Shown here one piece after another: positions 54,297 to 63,339 of a stretch of 64,000 nt of DNA. Position numbers and translations under genes: made by a program. Under the pieces are notes generated by a model. The model saw only the letters and a list, made by a program, of their open reading frames with translations, searched no databases and was not told the DNA's origin. This DNA comes from Syntrophaceae bacterium. Lineage in GTDB: Bacteria; Desulfobacterota; Syntrophia; Syntrophales; UBA2185. Position 1 is the first letter of the stretch; every line of letters starts with the position of its first letter. The stretch lies in assembly GCA_003142295.1 (NCBI GenBank), contig PLLV01000101.1, forward strand, positions 9,781 to 73,780. Direction: 5' to 3'.

Positions 54297-55652
54297 ATGG
54301 AAAAAGTGCCGCAGAAGCTGGAAAAGACCAGGGCTGAGATGTATGCTCATGCGCCAATCTCAAAGTTCGGTGAGAGAAAACCTGATTTCTCAACCATGGG
54401 ACGGAAAATAAAAAATCAGTACAGGAATGTTAGAGAAGTTGTCGTCGTGGAAGCATGCCGGACGCCGTACGGCAGATTCGGGGGGGCACTTAAAGATTTT
54501 ACCGCTCCCGAACTTGGAGCTTTGGCGATAAAGGAAGTACTCAGGCGGACGAATGGAAAGGTCAAACCATCCGATGTGGATTACGTTTTCATGGGGCATG
54601 TAGTTCCTGCAGGATGTGGACAGATACCCAGCAGGCAAGCAACTATCCTGGCCGGTCTCCCAGAATCCATTCCCTCCATTACGATCAATAAGGTATGTTC
54701 TTCAGGTATTAAGCCGATCGATCTTGCAGTCCAGATGATTCAACTGGGAAGAGCCGAGATTTGCATAGCGGGCGGCCAGGAAAGCATGAGCAATGGCCCG
54801 TATGCTCTGCCTGAGATGAGGTGGGGGGCAAGGATGGGACTCCCGAACCGGCCAGTCCTTGATTTAGTTGTTTACGATGGGCTCTGGGACGCATTTTATA
54901 ACCGGCACATGGCCGTTCACGGTTCTGAGGTTGGCGATGAATTCGGAGTTACACGGCAGGATCAGGATGAATGGGCTCTTCGCTCCCAGCTGGCAGCAGT
55001 TGAGGCAATGAAGACGGGAAAACTGGACGACGAGATATTTCCCGTCGAGGTGAAGCAGGGGAAAAAGGTCGTCATCTTCGACAAAGACGAAGGACCAAGG
55101 CCGGAGACGACTATAGACGGGTTAGCCAAATTGCCGCCGGTCTTCAATCATAAAAGCCCGGTTACCGGAGGTCCCGGAAGTGTTACGGCCGGTAATGCAC
55201 CGGGTGTCAATGACGGAGGAGATGTCTGTCTGGTAATGAGCAGGGAAATGGCCGACAAACTGGGCATAAAACCCCTGTTTACCATACTCGATTACGCCGA
55301 GGTTTCCCAGCCACCGAAGGATATTGCGACGGTGCCGGGACTCGCAATCAAGAAACTTCTCGAGCAGAATAACATGACTCTCGATAAAATAGATCTGCTG
55401 GAAATCAATGAAGCCTTTGCTGCCGTTGTCTTGGTTAGCGCCCGCTATATCTTAGGCATGAGCAAGGAAGATATGTATAAGAGGGTCAATGTGAATGGAA
55501 GCGCCATCGCATATGGTCACCCTATAGGTGCGACGGGCGCGAGGATTGTCATGACTCTTGCCTATGAACTGCGGCGAAGAGGCGGCGGGATCGGGATATG
55601 CGGAATCTGCTCGGGCCATGCTCAGGGTGACGCGATGCTGATCAAAGTGTAA
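54297..55652 (+). CDS. Thiolase (acetyl-CoA C-acyltransferase family) with N-terminal extension
   Basis: Contains VVVVEACRTPYGRFGG, NKVCSSGIKP (nucleophile Cys), GNAPGVNDGG, NGSAIAYGHPIGATGARI and GICGICSGHAQG. The start is uncertain: TTG 54204, ATG 54297 after GGGGG, or ATG 54396. Confidence 0.85.
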   Translation: MEKVPQKLEKTRAEMYAHAPISKFGERKPDFSTMGRKIKNQYRNVREVVVVEACRTPYGRFGGALKDFTAPELGALAIKEVLRRTNGKVKPSDVDYVFMGHVVPAGCGQIPSRQATILAGLPESIPSITINKVCSSGIKPIDLAVQMIQLGRAEICIAGGQESMSNGPYALPEMRWGARMGLPNRPVLDLVVYDGLWDAFYNRHMAVHGSEVGDEFGVTRQDQDEWALRSQLAAVEAMKTGKLDDEIFPVEVKQGKKVVIFDKDEGPRPETTIDGLAKLPPVFNHKSPVTGGPGSVTAGNAPGVNDGGDVCLVMSREMADKLGIKPLFTILDYAEVSQPPKDIATVPGLAIKKLLEQNNMTLDKIDLLEINEAFAAVVLVSARYILGMSKEDMYKRVNVNGSAIAYGHPIGATGARIVMTLAYELRRRGGGIGICGICSGHAQGDAMLIKV

Positions 55653-55800
55653 ACGATTGACTTTCCCTGGGGCTCAAGTTCTTTTTTCCGACTATATAGT
55701 CTCGCTTATCTCCGATGAAATGGTACGGGAAAAGACCTTTCACTTGCCTTAATGGGAAGCGGATGTGCTGAGAATAAAAAATGACGGGAGGAAGGTAGTG

Positions 55801-56658
55801 ATGGCAGTTAAGACATTCGGTGTTATCGGAGCCGGCCAGATGGGCAACGGCATAGCTCAGGTTGCTGCAAGCACAGGGGGACTGAATGTAATCATGAATG
55901 ACATTGCAGACCAGTTTGTCGACAAGGGGTACGATACGATTTCAAAAAACCTGGACCGCCTTGTTGCCAAGGAAAAGCTGACGGCTGACCAGAAAAAAGA
56001 GATCATTGGCCGCATCAAGAAGAGCACGAAGCTGGAAGACATGAAGGATGCCGATTTTGTTGTGGAGGCAGCGATAGAACGAGAAGATCTCAAACTTGGG
56101 ATATTCAGAAAACTTGATGAAGTCTGCAAGCCCGGGGTAATCCTTGCCACGAATACTTCCTCTATTCCCATTACGAGGATAGCCGGTGCAACAAAGAGGC
56201 CTGCCTTAGTCATCGGGATGCATTTTATGAACCCCGTTCCCGTGATGAGACTCGTCGAGATCATCAGGGGTTTGGCTACCTCTCAGGAGACGTACAACAC
56301 GACGGAAGCGCTGTCCAAGCAGTTTGGGAAGGTTCCCGTGGAATGCAATGACTTTCCGGGATTTATAGCGAACAGGATCCTTATGCCCATGATCAATGAG
56401 GCCGTTTATACCCTGATGGAAGGAGTGGGCACGCCAAAGGCCATTGATGACATTATGGTATTGGGCATGAATCACCCCATGGGTCCTCTGGCGTTGGCTG
56501 ACCTGATTGGTCTGGACACATGCTGGGCTATAATGGACGTTCTTTACAAGGGATTTGGCGATTCCAAGTACCGTCCCTGTCCGCTCCTTAAGAAATACGT
56601 GGATGCGGGTTACATGGGGAGAAAGACGGGAAAAGGATTCTACGATTACAGCAAGTAA
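55801..56658 (+). CDS. hbd: 3-hydroxyacyl-CoA (3-hydroxybutyryl-CoA) dehydrogenase
   Basis: Contains [16 protein letters not shown] (Rossmann fold), HFMNPVPVM and [11 protein letters not shown]. The ATG at 55801 follows GGGAGGAAGG. Confidence 0.9.
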   Translation: MAVKTFGVIGAGQMGNGIAQVAASTGGLNVIMNDIADQFVDKGYDTISKNLDRLVAKEKLTADQKKEIIGRIKKSTKLEDMKDADFVVEAAIEREDLKLGIFRKLDEVCKPGVILATNTSSIPITRIAGATKRPALVIGMHFMNPVPVMRLVEIIRGLATSQETYNTTEALSKQFGKVPVECNDFPGFIANRILMPMINEAVYTLMEGVGTPKAIDDIMVLGMNHPMGPLALADLIGLDTCWAIMDVLYKGFGDSKYRPCPLLKKYVDAGYMGRKTGKGFYDYSK

Positions 56659-56855
56659 TGCTTGCATTCGAAAAATGTTCTTCCGTGACGAGAATCTTTT
56701 TTCGACAATTGTAAAGCCCGCTTCGGCAGGGAGCGCAGCCCGAGATCATGGCTTCAAGCCTCGTGATAAGATGTCCAAAGGTTGACGAAAAAAATAATAT
56801 GCACTCGGAAAGCTTTTCCGAACCATTAAAAGAAAGTGAAAAGGGGGTACATCGG

Positions 56856-57638
56856 ATGGAATTCAAGAACCTCTTGTTTGCAGTTGAGGATGGTGTCGCT
56901 ACAATAACGTTTAACAGGCCCAAGGCCTTAAATGCGATGAATACGGAAACGATGAAGGAGCTTATGGATGCGGCTACCCTCTGTAGGAATGATGACGCCA
57001 TAAAGGTTCTCATCCTCACCGGGTCAGGAGAAAAGGCCTTTGTAGCAGGCGCTGACATATCAGAGATGCAGAACCTGCGGCCTAAAGAGGCCCTTGCCTT
57101 TATGGAGCTGGGTAATGAAACGCTGCGATTGATTGAAACGCTGCCCAAGCCCTCCATCGCTGCCGTGAACGGTTTCGCTTTGGGCGGCGGCACGGAAATT
57201 TCCATGGCCTGTGATATGAGATTTGCATCGGAAACGGCCCGTTTCGGCCAGCCGGAAATACTGATCGGATTGATACCGGGATGGGGAGGAACTCAGAGGA
57301 TTTCGCGTTTAATAGGAATGGGAAGGGCCAAGGAACTCATCATGTGTGGCGAGCAGGTCGATGCGAAAAGGGCCTACGACGTCGGTCTTGTAAACAGGAT
57401 ATTTCCCCTCGACCAGCTTCTCCCGGAGACGAAAAAGTTTGCCAGGAAATTGGCCGGTATGCCTGGATTCGCCCTGAAGATGGCCAAGCATTCGATCAAT
57501 TATGGTTATGATCTTGCGCTTGATAACGGGATCAGGCTGGAAATGGAATGCTGCGCCCAGTGCTTCAGCACGGATGATCAGAAAGAAGGAATGAAGGCCT
57601 TCCTCGAAAAGAGAAAGCCTGTTTACACGGGGAGTTGA
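56856..57638 (+). CDS. crt: Enoyl-CoA hydratase (crotonase family)
   Basis: Contains ATITFNRPKALNAM, AFVAGADISEM and AAVNGFALGGGTEISMACD. The ATG at 56856 follows AAGGGGG. The track ORF starts earlier at 56748. Confidence 0.9.
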   Translation: MEFKNLLFAVEDGVATITFNRPKALNAMNTETMKELMDAATLCRNDDAIKVLILTGSGEKAFVAGADISEMQNLRPKEALAFMELGNETLRLIETLPKPSIAAVNGFALGGGTEISMACDMRFASETARFGQPEILIGLIPGWGGTQRISRLIGMGRAKELIMCGEQVDAKRAYDVGLVNRIFPLDQLLPETKKFARKLAGMPGFALKMAKHSINYGYDLALDNGIRLEMECCAQCFSTDDQKEGMKAFLEKRKPVYTGS

Positions 57639-57693
57639 TTCGCCGTTTTATTCGATGCTTTAATAACACATTATTGTAAGGGGGTTATGAGCC

Positions 57694-58842
57694 ATGAATT
57701 TTGGTTTAACAGATGATCAGCGGGACGTGAGAGATATGGTGAAGAAGTTTGCAGAGCAGGAGATTAAACCCATAGCAGCAGAGCTGGACAAGACCCACAG
57801 GCATCCGGAAGAGATCTGCCGTAAACTCGGAGAAATGGGTATTATGGGCATAGCCGTGCCTCAGGAATATGGTGGGGCGGGCATGGACGTGGTGACGTAC
57901 GTTCTCTCCCTGATTGAGATTTCCAAAGCCTGTGCAAGCTGCGGTGTCATTGTATCGGTCAACAATTCCCTTTACGGGTACCCGATATTAGCCTTCGGGA
58001 CGGAAGAGCAGAAGAAAAAGTATCTACCGCCTGTGGCGAGCGGGCAGGTTGAGGGGTGCTATGGATTGACAGAGCCAAGCGCCGGTTCGGATGCCGCCGC
58101 ACTGAAGTGTCGGGCCGTATTGAAAGGGGACAAATATATTGTCAACGGGACCAAAATCTTCATAACGAACGGCAATGTGGCGCATTACTGCGTTTTAGCT
58201 GCCACGACCGATCCCGCATTAGGATACAAGGGGGTCATCAATCTCATCCTGGATATGAAGAACACCCCGGGTTTTAAAGTGGGCAAGATCGAGGAGAAAA
58301 TGGGAATCCTTGCTTCCGGAACGGCTGAGCTCGTCTTTGAGGATGCTGAGATACCGGCGGCAAACCTCCTGGGTAAACCGGGACAGGGTTTTAAGCAGAT
58401 GATGATGGGGCTTGACGCGGGGAGAATCGGTATTGGTTCCCAGGCCTGCGGTATCGGCCGGGCGGCCATGGAAGACGCCCTCGCTTATGCAAAAGAAAGA
58501 GTGCAGTTCGGTAAGCCGATTGCAACATTCCAGGCGATCCAGTTCAAGCTCGCCGACATGGCAATGGAGCTCGATGCAGCGGAATTGCTGCTCCTTCGTG
58601 CCGCCTGGATGGAAGACAATCATCTCGAATTTGAGAAAGAATCGGCCATGGCAAAGTGTTATGCGTCCGATGTGGCAATGAGGGCTGCCGTTGAAGGCGT
58701 GCAGATATTCGGTGGTTACGGCTACACAAAAGAGTATCCGGCCGAAAGACACATGCGGGATGCGAAGATCTGTCAGATCTATGAAGGGACGAACGAGATT
58801 CAGAGAGTGGTTATCTCGAGAAAACTTTTGGGCATGAGATAA
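57694..58842 (+). CDS. Acyl-CoA dehydrogenase (butyryl-CoA dehydrogenase-like)
   Basis: The 382-aa product contains MNFGLTDDQ..., YGLTEPSAGSDAA, FGGYGYTKEYPAERHMRDAKICQIYEGTNEIQ. Confidence 0.92.
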   Translation: MNFGLTDDQRDVRDMVKKFAEQEIKPIAAELDKTHRHPEEICRKLGEMGIMGIAVPQEYGGAGMDVVTYVLSLIEISKACASCGVIVSVNNSLYGYPILAFGTEEQKKKYLPPVASGQVEGCYGLTEPSAGSDAAALKCRAVLKGDKYIVNGTKIFITNGNVAHYCVLAATTDPALGYKGVINLILDMKNTPGFKVGKIEEKMGILASGTAELVFEDAEIPAANLLGKPGQGFKQMMMGLDAGRIGIGSQACGIGRAAMEDALAYAKERVQFGKPIATFQAIQFKLADMAMELDAAELLLLRAAWMEDNHLEFEKESAMAKCYASDVAMRAAVEGVQIFGGYGYTKEYPAERHMRDAKICQIYEGTNEIQRVVISRKLLGMR

Positions 58843-58893
58843 AGCTGTCAATACGACACGGTTCGTCTCATAGAAGCAGAAAAATAGAGATTT

Positions 58894-58916
58894 CTGAAGA
58901 GACTTTCGTCTTTCAG
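58894..58916. terminator. Weak bulged hairpin between convergent genes
   Basis: ctgaagagac-tttc-gtctttcag forms 9 bp with one bulge. There is no clear U-tract on either strand. Confidence 0.25.
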
Positions 58917-58934
58917 TAGATGCATGGATAAAAA

Positions 58935-59234
58935 TTATTTTTCGATTTTGAAGGGTGAGAACTCATACTCTTTTTCTTCAACTGCGAAAGCTACCCTGTC
59001 TTCTTCGTTTACTGTGAGGTTACCCTCTATAATGCGGCGGCAACCAAAATCGAAAAAGTTTACTTGGTGCGTAGGCATATCCTTTTCATCCATTTGTTTG
59101 TAGTATTGCTCTTTTTCAGCGGGTGTTATTTCCCTGATGACGAGTTTTTGGCATCGTTCGCGGGCTTCCCATGTACCTTGGCGTATGGTGACCCGGTAAT
59201 TGCCGTGAAACTTTATGGGCATTTTGATTTTCAT
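58935..59234 (-). CDS. Hypothetical 99-aa protein, opposite strand within the acyl-CoA gene block
   Basis: The ATG lies 6 nt after GGAGG. The sequence is MKIKMPIKFHGNYRVTIRQGTWEARERCQKLVIREITPAEKEQYY... I recognised no family. Confidence 0.6.
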   Translation of the reverse strand: MKIKMPIKFHGNYRVTIRQGTWEARERCQKLVIREITPAEKEQYYKQMDEKDMPTHQVNFFDFGCRRIIEGNLTVNEEDRVAFAVEEKEYEFSPFKIEK

Positions 59235-59342
59235 CTAGTACCTCCGGATTTTGTGCTATGTTCTATCGGAAGATCGCATAGCATAACTTTGGATAGTTGT
59301 CCATTTATTGAATGTAGAGGGGGCGGGTAGTCTTTTTTCTAT

Positions 59343-59371
59343 TTGACAAACCCGCATGGTGGAGAGAAAAT
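59343..59371 (+). promoter_or_regulatory. Candidate sigma70 promoter for the mutase genes
   Basis: TTGACA (59343..59348), a 17-nt spacer, then GAAAAT (59366..59371). Confidence 0.3.
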
Positions 59372-59442
59372 CCGCGGATTCGATAGTCAAGTACTGATTG
59401 ATAATAGCAGTTATATCAGATTTATTGGAAGGAGGCGGTAAT

Positions 59443-61125
59443 ATGTATTTTGCAAAAGAGGTGCTGAGTCAATCCAGCGAGCTCAAGAAAAAATGGGAGG
59501 ATGAGGTCCGGAGGGTGGTCAGTAAAGTTCCTGACCAGAGGGAACGATGGTCTACCGTTTCAGATCTCGAAATCAAGAGGCTCTATGGTCCTGATGACAT
59601 AAAGGATATGGACTTTACCCGTGATATTGGATACCCCGGGCAGTTTCCATTTTTACGGGGTAATCAGGCGACGGGTTATCGCGGACGATACTGGACGTTC
59701 AGGATGTTTTCCGGCATGGGAAGCGCTGAAGACACCAACAAACGGTGGCACATGCTTCTCAAAGAGGGACAGACCGGCCTCAGTACGGCCTTTGATTTTC
59801 CAACTCTTATGGGCTACGATTCGGACTCGCCCAAGGCCCGTGGTGAGTGTGGGAAGTGCGGGGTCGCCATAGATACCCTCGAGGATTTGCTGCAATTAGT
59901 GGACGGTATTCCCATGGATGAGGTTACCACGTCCATGACAATCAATCCGCCGGCTACTGTGCTCTGGGCGATGTACTGTGCAGCGGCACAGATCAAGGGT
60001 ATACCGCTTACCAAGATAGGCGGCACGATACAGAATGACATGCTGAAAGAATTCATCGCACAGAAGACGTTCATGTGTCCGCCGGAGCCGTCAGTCAGAC
60101 TCATAAGTGACACCGTTGAATTCGGGACGAAGTATGTTCCCAGATGGAACACCATCAGCATCAGCGGGTACCATATCAGGGAAGCCGGTTCCACGGCGGT
60201 TCAGGAGCTTGCTTTTACCCTTAGAGACGGCATGGAGTATGTGGAGGACGTCGTTAACCGGAAAGGATTAAATGTCGATGAATTTGCTCCGCGGTTTTCA
60301 TTTTTCTTTAATTCCCATGTAGATTTCTTCGAGGAGATCTGTAAGATGCGTGCTGCCCGGAGAATCTGGGCAAAAGTAATGCGGGACCGCTATAAGGCCA
60401 AGGACCCGAGATCGTGGTGGATGCGCTTCCATACACAAACCGCCGGGTGTTCACTGACGGCTCAGCAGCCGTACAACAACGTCGTGCGGACGGCCACGCA
60501 AGCCCTCGCCGCTGTCCTTGGCGGCACTCAGTCCTTGCACACCAATTCCCTTGACGAGGTGATGTGCCTGCCGTCGGATTCCGCCGTGCAGATTGCGCTT
60601 CGAACCCAGCAGATCATCGCGGAAGAGACCGGCGTTGCCAACACGGTTGATCCGTTGGCAGGTTCGTACTTCGTCGAAGCTTTAACCAACGAAATGGAAG
60701 AGCAGACTTGGGACTACATCAATAAGATTGACGAGATGGGCGGTATGGTTGCCGCAATAGATAAGGGGTTCCCGCAGTTGGAGATAGCTGATGCGGCCTA
60801 CAAGTTCCAGAGGCAGATAGACTCCTGTGAAAAGATTATGGTCGGCGTCAACAAATATGTTACCGATGAACAGATACCCATCCCTCTTTTAGAGATTGAT
60901 GATAAAGTTGAAGAGGATCAGATCGCGCGGTTGAATGCAGTCCGCAGAAAGCGGGACAATAAGGCAGTGAAAAAGAGTCTCGAAGACATTAAGAATGCGT
61001 GCAAGAAGGGCGAAAATGTCATGCCCCACTGTATTGAGGCCGTTAAGAATCTGGCCAGTATCCAGGAGGTGTGCGACGTCTATCGTGAGCTCTATGGCGA
61101 GTACCGTGATCCGGGACTCTATTAG
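59443..61125 (+). CDS. B12-dependent acyl-CoA mutase large (substrate-binding) subunit, isobutyryl-CoA-mutase-like
   Basis: The 560-aa product starts at the ATG after GGAGG. It shows an ICM-like backbone (GKCGVAIDT, SISGYHIREAGSTA, FFFNSHVDFFEEI, FHTQTAG). Phe89 and Gln207 occupy the positions of MCM Tyr89/Arg207. There is no fused B12 domain. Confidence 0.88.
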   Translation: MYFAKEVLSQSSELKKKWEDEVRRVVSKVPDQRERWSTVSDLEIKRLYGPDDIKDMDFTRDIGYPGQFPFLRGNQATGYRGRYWTFRMFSGMGSAEDTNKRWHMLLKEGQTGLSTAFDFPTLMGYDSDSPKARGECGKCGVAIDTLEDLLQLVDGIPMDEVTTSMTINPPATVLWAMYCAAAQIKGIPLTKIGGTIQNDMLKEFIAQKTFMCPPEPSVRLISDTVEFGTKYVPRWNTISISGYHIREAGSTAVQELAFTLRDGMEYVEDVVNRKGLNVDEFAPRFSFFFNSHVDFFEEICKMRAARRIWAKVMRDRYKAKDPRSWWMRFHTQTAGCSLTAQQPYNNVVRTATQALAAVLGGTQSLHTNSLDEVMCLPSDSAVQIALRTQQIIAEETGVANTVDPLAGSYFVEALTNEMEEQTWDYINKIDEMGGMVAAIDKGFPQLEIADAAYKFQRQIDSCEKIMVGVNKYVTDEQIPIPLLEIDDKVEEDQIARLNAVRRKRDNKAVKKSLEDIKNACKKGENVMPHCIEAVKNLASIQEVCDVYRELYGEYRDPGLY

Positions 61126-61149
61126 GACTGATTGAAGGAGGAGATGGTA

Positions 61150-61560
61150 ATGGCTAAGAGAAAGATTCGTGTTATGGTAGCAAAACCAGGTCTTGACGGT
61201 CATGATCGGGGCGCCAGGATTTTAGCCAGGTGTTTCCGGGACGCTGGTTTTGAAGTAATATATACGGGGTGTCATCAGACACCGGCGATGATTGCAGCGT
61301 CGGCGATTCAGGAAGATGTGGATGTCGTAGGCCTAAGCTGTCTATCGGGAGCGCACAGGTATTTATTTCCCCAGGTAGTTAATCTATTGAGGGAAAAAGG
61401 TGCAGGTGATATCTCCGTGATCGGCGGGGGAATCATCCCTGAACAGGATTTTCAGAAACTCTATGACGCAGGCATCAAGGCGATTTTCGTGCCGGGAACT
61501 ACCCTGGATACGATCGTGGCGTGGGTTAACAAAAATATAAAACCTGTGGAAAGAACATAA
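61150..61560 (+). CDS. Acyl-CoA mutase small subunit (cobalamin-binding domain)
   Basis: Contains RVMVAKPGLDGHDRGA (DxHxxG base-off/His-on motif) and GLSCLSG...VIGGG. The start is ATG 61144 or 61150, after GAAGGAGGAG. Confidence 0.9.
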   Translation: MAKRKIRVMVAKPGLDGHDRGARILARCFRDAGFEVIYTGCHQTPAMIAASAIQEDVDVVGLSCLSGAHRYLFPQVVNLLREKGAGDISVIGGGIIPEQDFQKLYDAGIKAIFVPGTTLDTIVAWVNKNIKPVERT

Positions 61561-62525
61561 TGGAGAGAGGAAAGATGATTAAGGCGGGTGACGTTCGGAC
61601 TGCCTCCCGCCTTATAAGAGACATAGAAGATAGTATCCCCGAAGCAAAACTGACTATAAAACATATTTTCCCATATACGGGCAAGGCCCAGGTCGTTGGG
61701 ATTACCGGGTCTCCTGGAGCAGGGAAGAGCACTATTGTTGACGGTCTCATTGAGACAAGCCGTAAGAAGGAAAAAACGGTAGGGGTTCTCGCCGTTGATC
61801 CGACAAGTCCCTTTACGGGAGGAGCAACGCTCGGTGATAGGATCCGTATGCAGCGCCATTCCGAGGATATAGGCGTCTTCATACGGAGCCTCGCCACGCG
61901 CGGTTCCTTGGGCGGGCTCTCAAAGGCAGTTGGCGATGCCATCCATGTTATGGATGCAATGGGGAAAGATGTGATATTTGTAGAAACCGTAGGTACGGGT
62001 CAACAGGAGGTGGAGATTATCCACTATGCCCATACGGTAGTCGTTGTCCTTGTGCCTGGTATGGGAGATGAAATCCAGGCAATCAAGGCAGGAATCATGG
62101 AGATTGCAGACGTATTCGTCGTCAACAAGGCGGATCGTGACGGAGCAGCGAAACTCCAGCGGGAATTGATGACCATGATTGAAATGTCACCGATTCCTCC
62201 CGGGGGTTGGCGGCCGCCTGTCGTTACAATCAGAAATTCCTTTAAGCCGGAAGAGTTTGACCAGGACATTCAAACATTATCTTCCAAGGTTCACGAACAC
62301 TATGAATATCTAATAAGCAGTGATCTTATCGGTGACAGGCAGCGGCGCAAGAGGCTGCATGAGCTGAATGAGGCCCTGCGATCCAGTATCCTCGAACCTG
62401 TGTTAGGGATGCTCGTCAAAACTGGTGAACTCGACCGTATGGTCGAAAAAATACTGAAAAAGGAATCGGATCCTTCTACTCTGGCCGAAGAAATAGCCAG
62501 GAAATATTTACAGGGGTGTTTTTAA
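61560..62525 (+). CDS. meaB: MeaB/ArgK-type G3E GTPase (mutase chaperone)
   Basis: Contains ITGSPGAGKSTI (P-loop), VETVGTGQ and VVNKADR. Its start overlaps the small-subunit stop (TAATG). Confidence 0.9.
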   Translation: MERGKMIKAGDVRTASRLIRDIEDSIPEAKLTIKHIFPYTGKAQVVGITGSPGAGKSTIVDGLIETSRKKEKTVGVLAVDPTSPFTGGATLGDRIRMQRHSEDIGVFIRSLATRGSLGGLSKAVGDAIHVMDAMGKDVIFVETVGTGQQEVEIIHYAHTVVVVLVPGMGDEIQAIKAGIMEIADVFVVNKADRDGAAKLQRELMTMIEMSPIPPGGWRPPVVTIRNSFKPEEFDQDIQTLSSKVHEHYEYLISSDLIGDRQRRKRLHELNEALRSSILEPVLGMLVKTGELDRMVEKILKKESDPSTLAEEIARKYLQGCF

Positions 62526-62692
62526 GGGCCTTATTCTTTTGTTTCATTCCTGTAGGTGCCACTGAACAATTTGCGTAACCGCATACATGCTATAATCGGT
62601 TGGACCTGTGCACAAGTCCTGATAGTTACCTTCTGTGCCCTGGTTGTATATAAAACCAGTTGATGAGTAGAAGATACAATTCCGTTTTCAAG

Positions 62693-63163
62693 TCATGGAC
62701 GGCTTTCGAGGTCGTCAAGTTTTTTCTTCTTTTCGTCGATAAGTTTTAGCTGTTCATCTACCAGCGTACGCCAGTGGTGTCTCTGCGCATAACCGGAGGC
62801 CTGATTCATATTCACCCTGTAGTTTTCTTCGTCTCTTTTTGCCTTCTCCAATTCTTCTCTGACGACTCTGATATTCTCTTCCCTTTCTTTTCTTTTCGCA
62901 TCGGCCTCACGATATCTCTGCAATTTTTCATTGCCGTCTTTTTCCGACGCTGTTTTTTGCTCTTCTGTAATTTTAGGTAACGATTGTGACTTCTTGACAT
63001 TGACTCCGGGTGGCGGGCTATCAGTAATGACCACCGTGCCGTCTTTGTCGATATATTCGTAAAGTGTTTGCCCCTGTGCTTCGCCGGCGGCTGCAAAACA
63101 TACAAAGCTTAGCAGCATTAAGGACACACCTTGCAATAATCCACGCAATTTATAAGCAGCCAT
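62693..63163 (-). CDS. Secreted DUF4124-like protein with charged coiled-coil tail
   Basis: It has a signal peptide (LMLLSFVCFAAAGEAQG), then LYEYIDKDGTVVITDSPPPG, which fits the DUF4124 pattern. The ATG at 63163 follows GGGAGGG. The track ORF extends to 63229. Confidence 0.6.
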   Translation of the reverse strand: MAAYKLRGLLQGVSLMLLSFVCFAAAGEAQGQTLYEYIDKDGTVVITDSPPPGVNVKKSQSLPKITEEQKTASEKDGNEKLQRYREADAKRKEREENIRVVREELEKAKRDEENYRVNMNQASGYAQRHHWRTLVDEQLKLIDEKKKKLDDLESRP

Positions 63164-63339
63164 GCCTTGAGCCCTCCCAACTTTGATAAGTTTTACACAA
63201 AAAATATTATAAATCATCGATGATGTCAATTATATTCATAAATTTGCATTACGCTTAGATTAACGACAGATTGTGCCGCATTCCACCCACGCATTTCATC
63301 AAAGGATCACTTAAACATCTTCTTCTGGGATTAGTATTC

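Noticed and set aside
62586-62659. A TATAAT (~62604..62609) followed by a 6-bp hairpin ctggtt-N8-aaccag (62640..62659) between convergent genes, as a possible small RNA.
   Set aside because: The -35 spacing is wrong (14 nt), the hairpin has no U-tract, and there is no other support.
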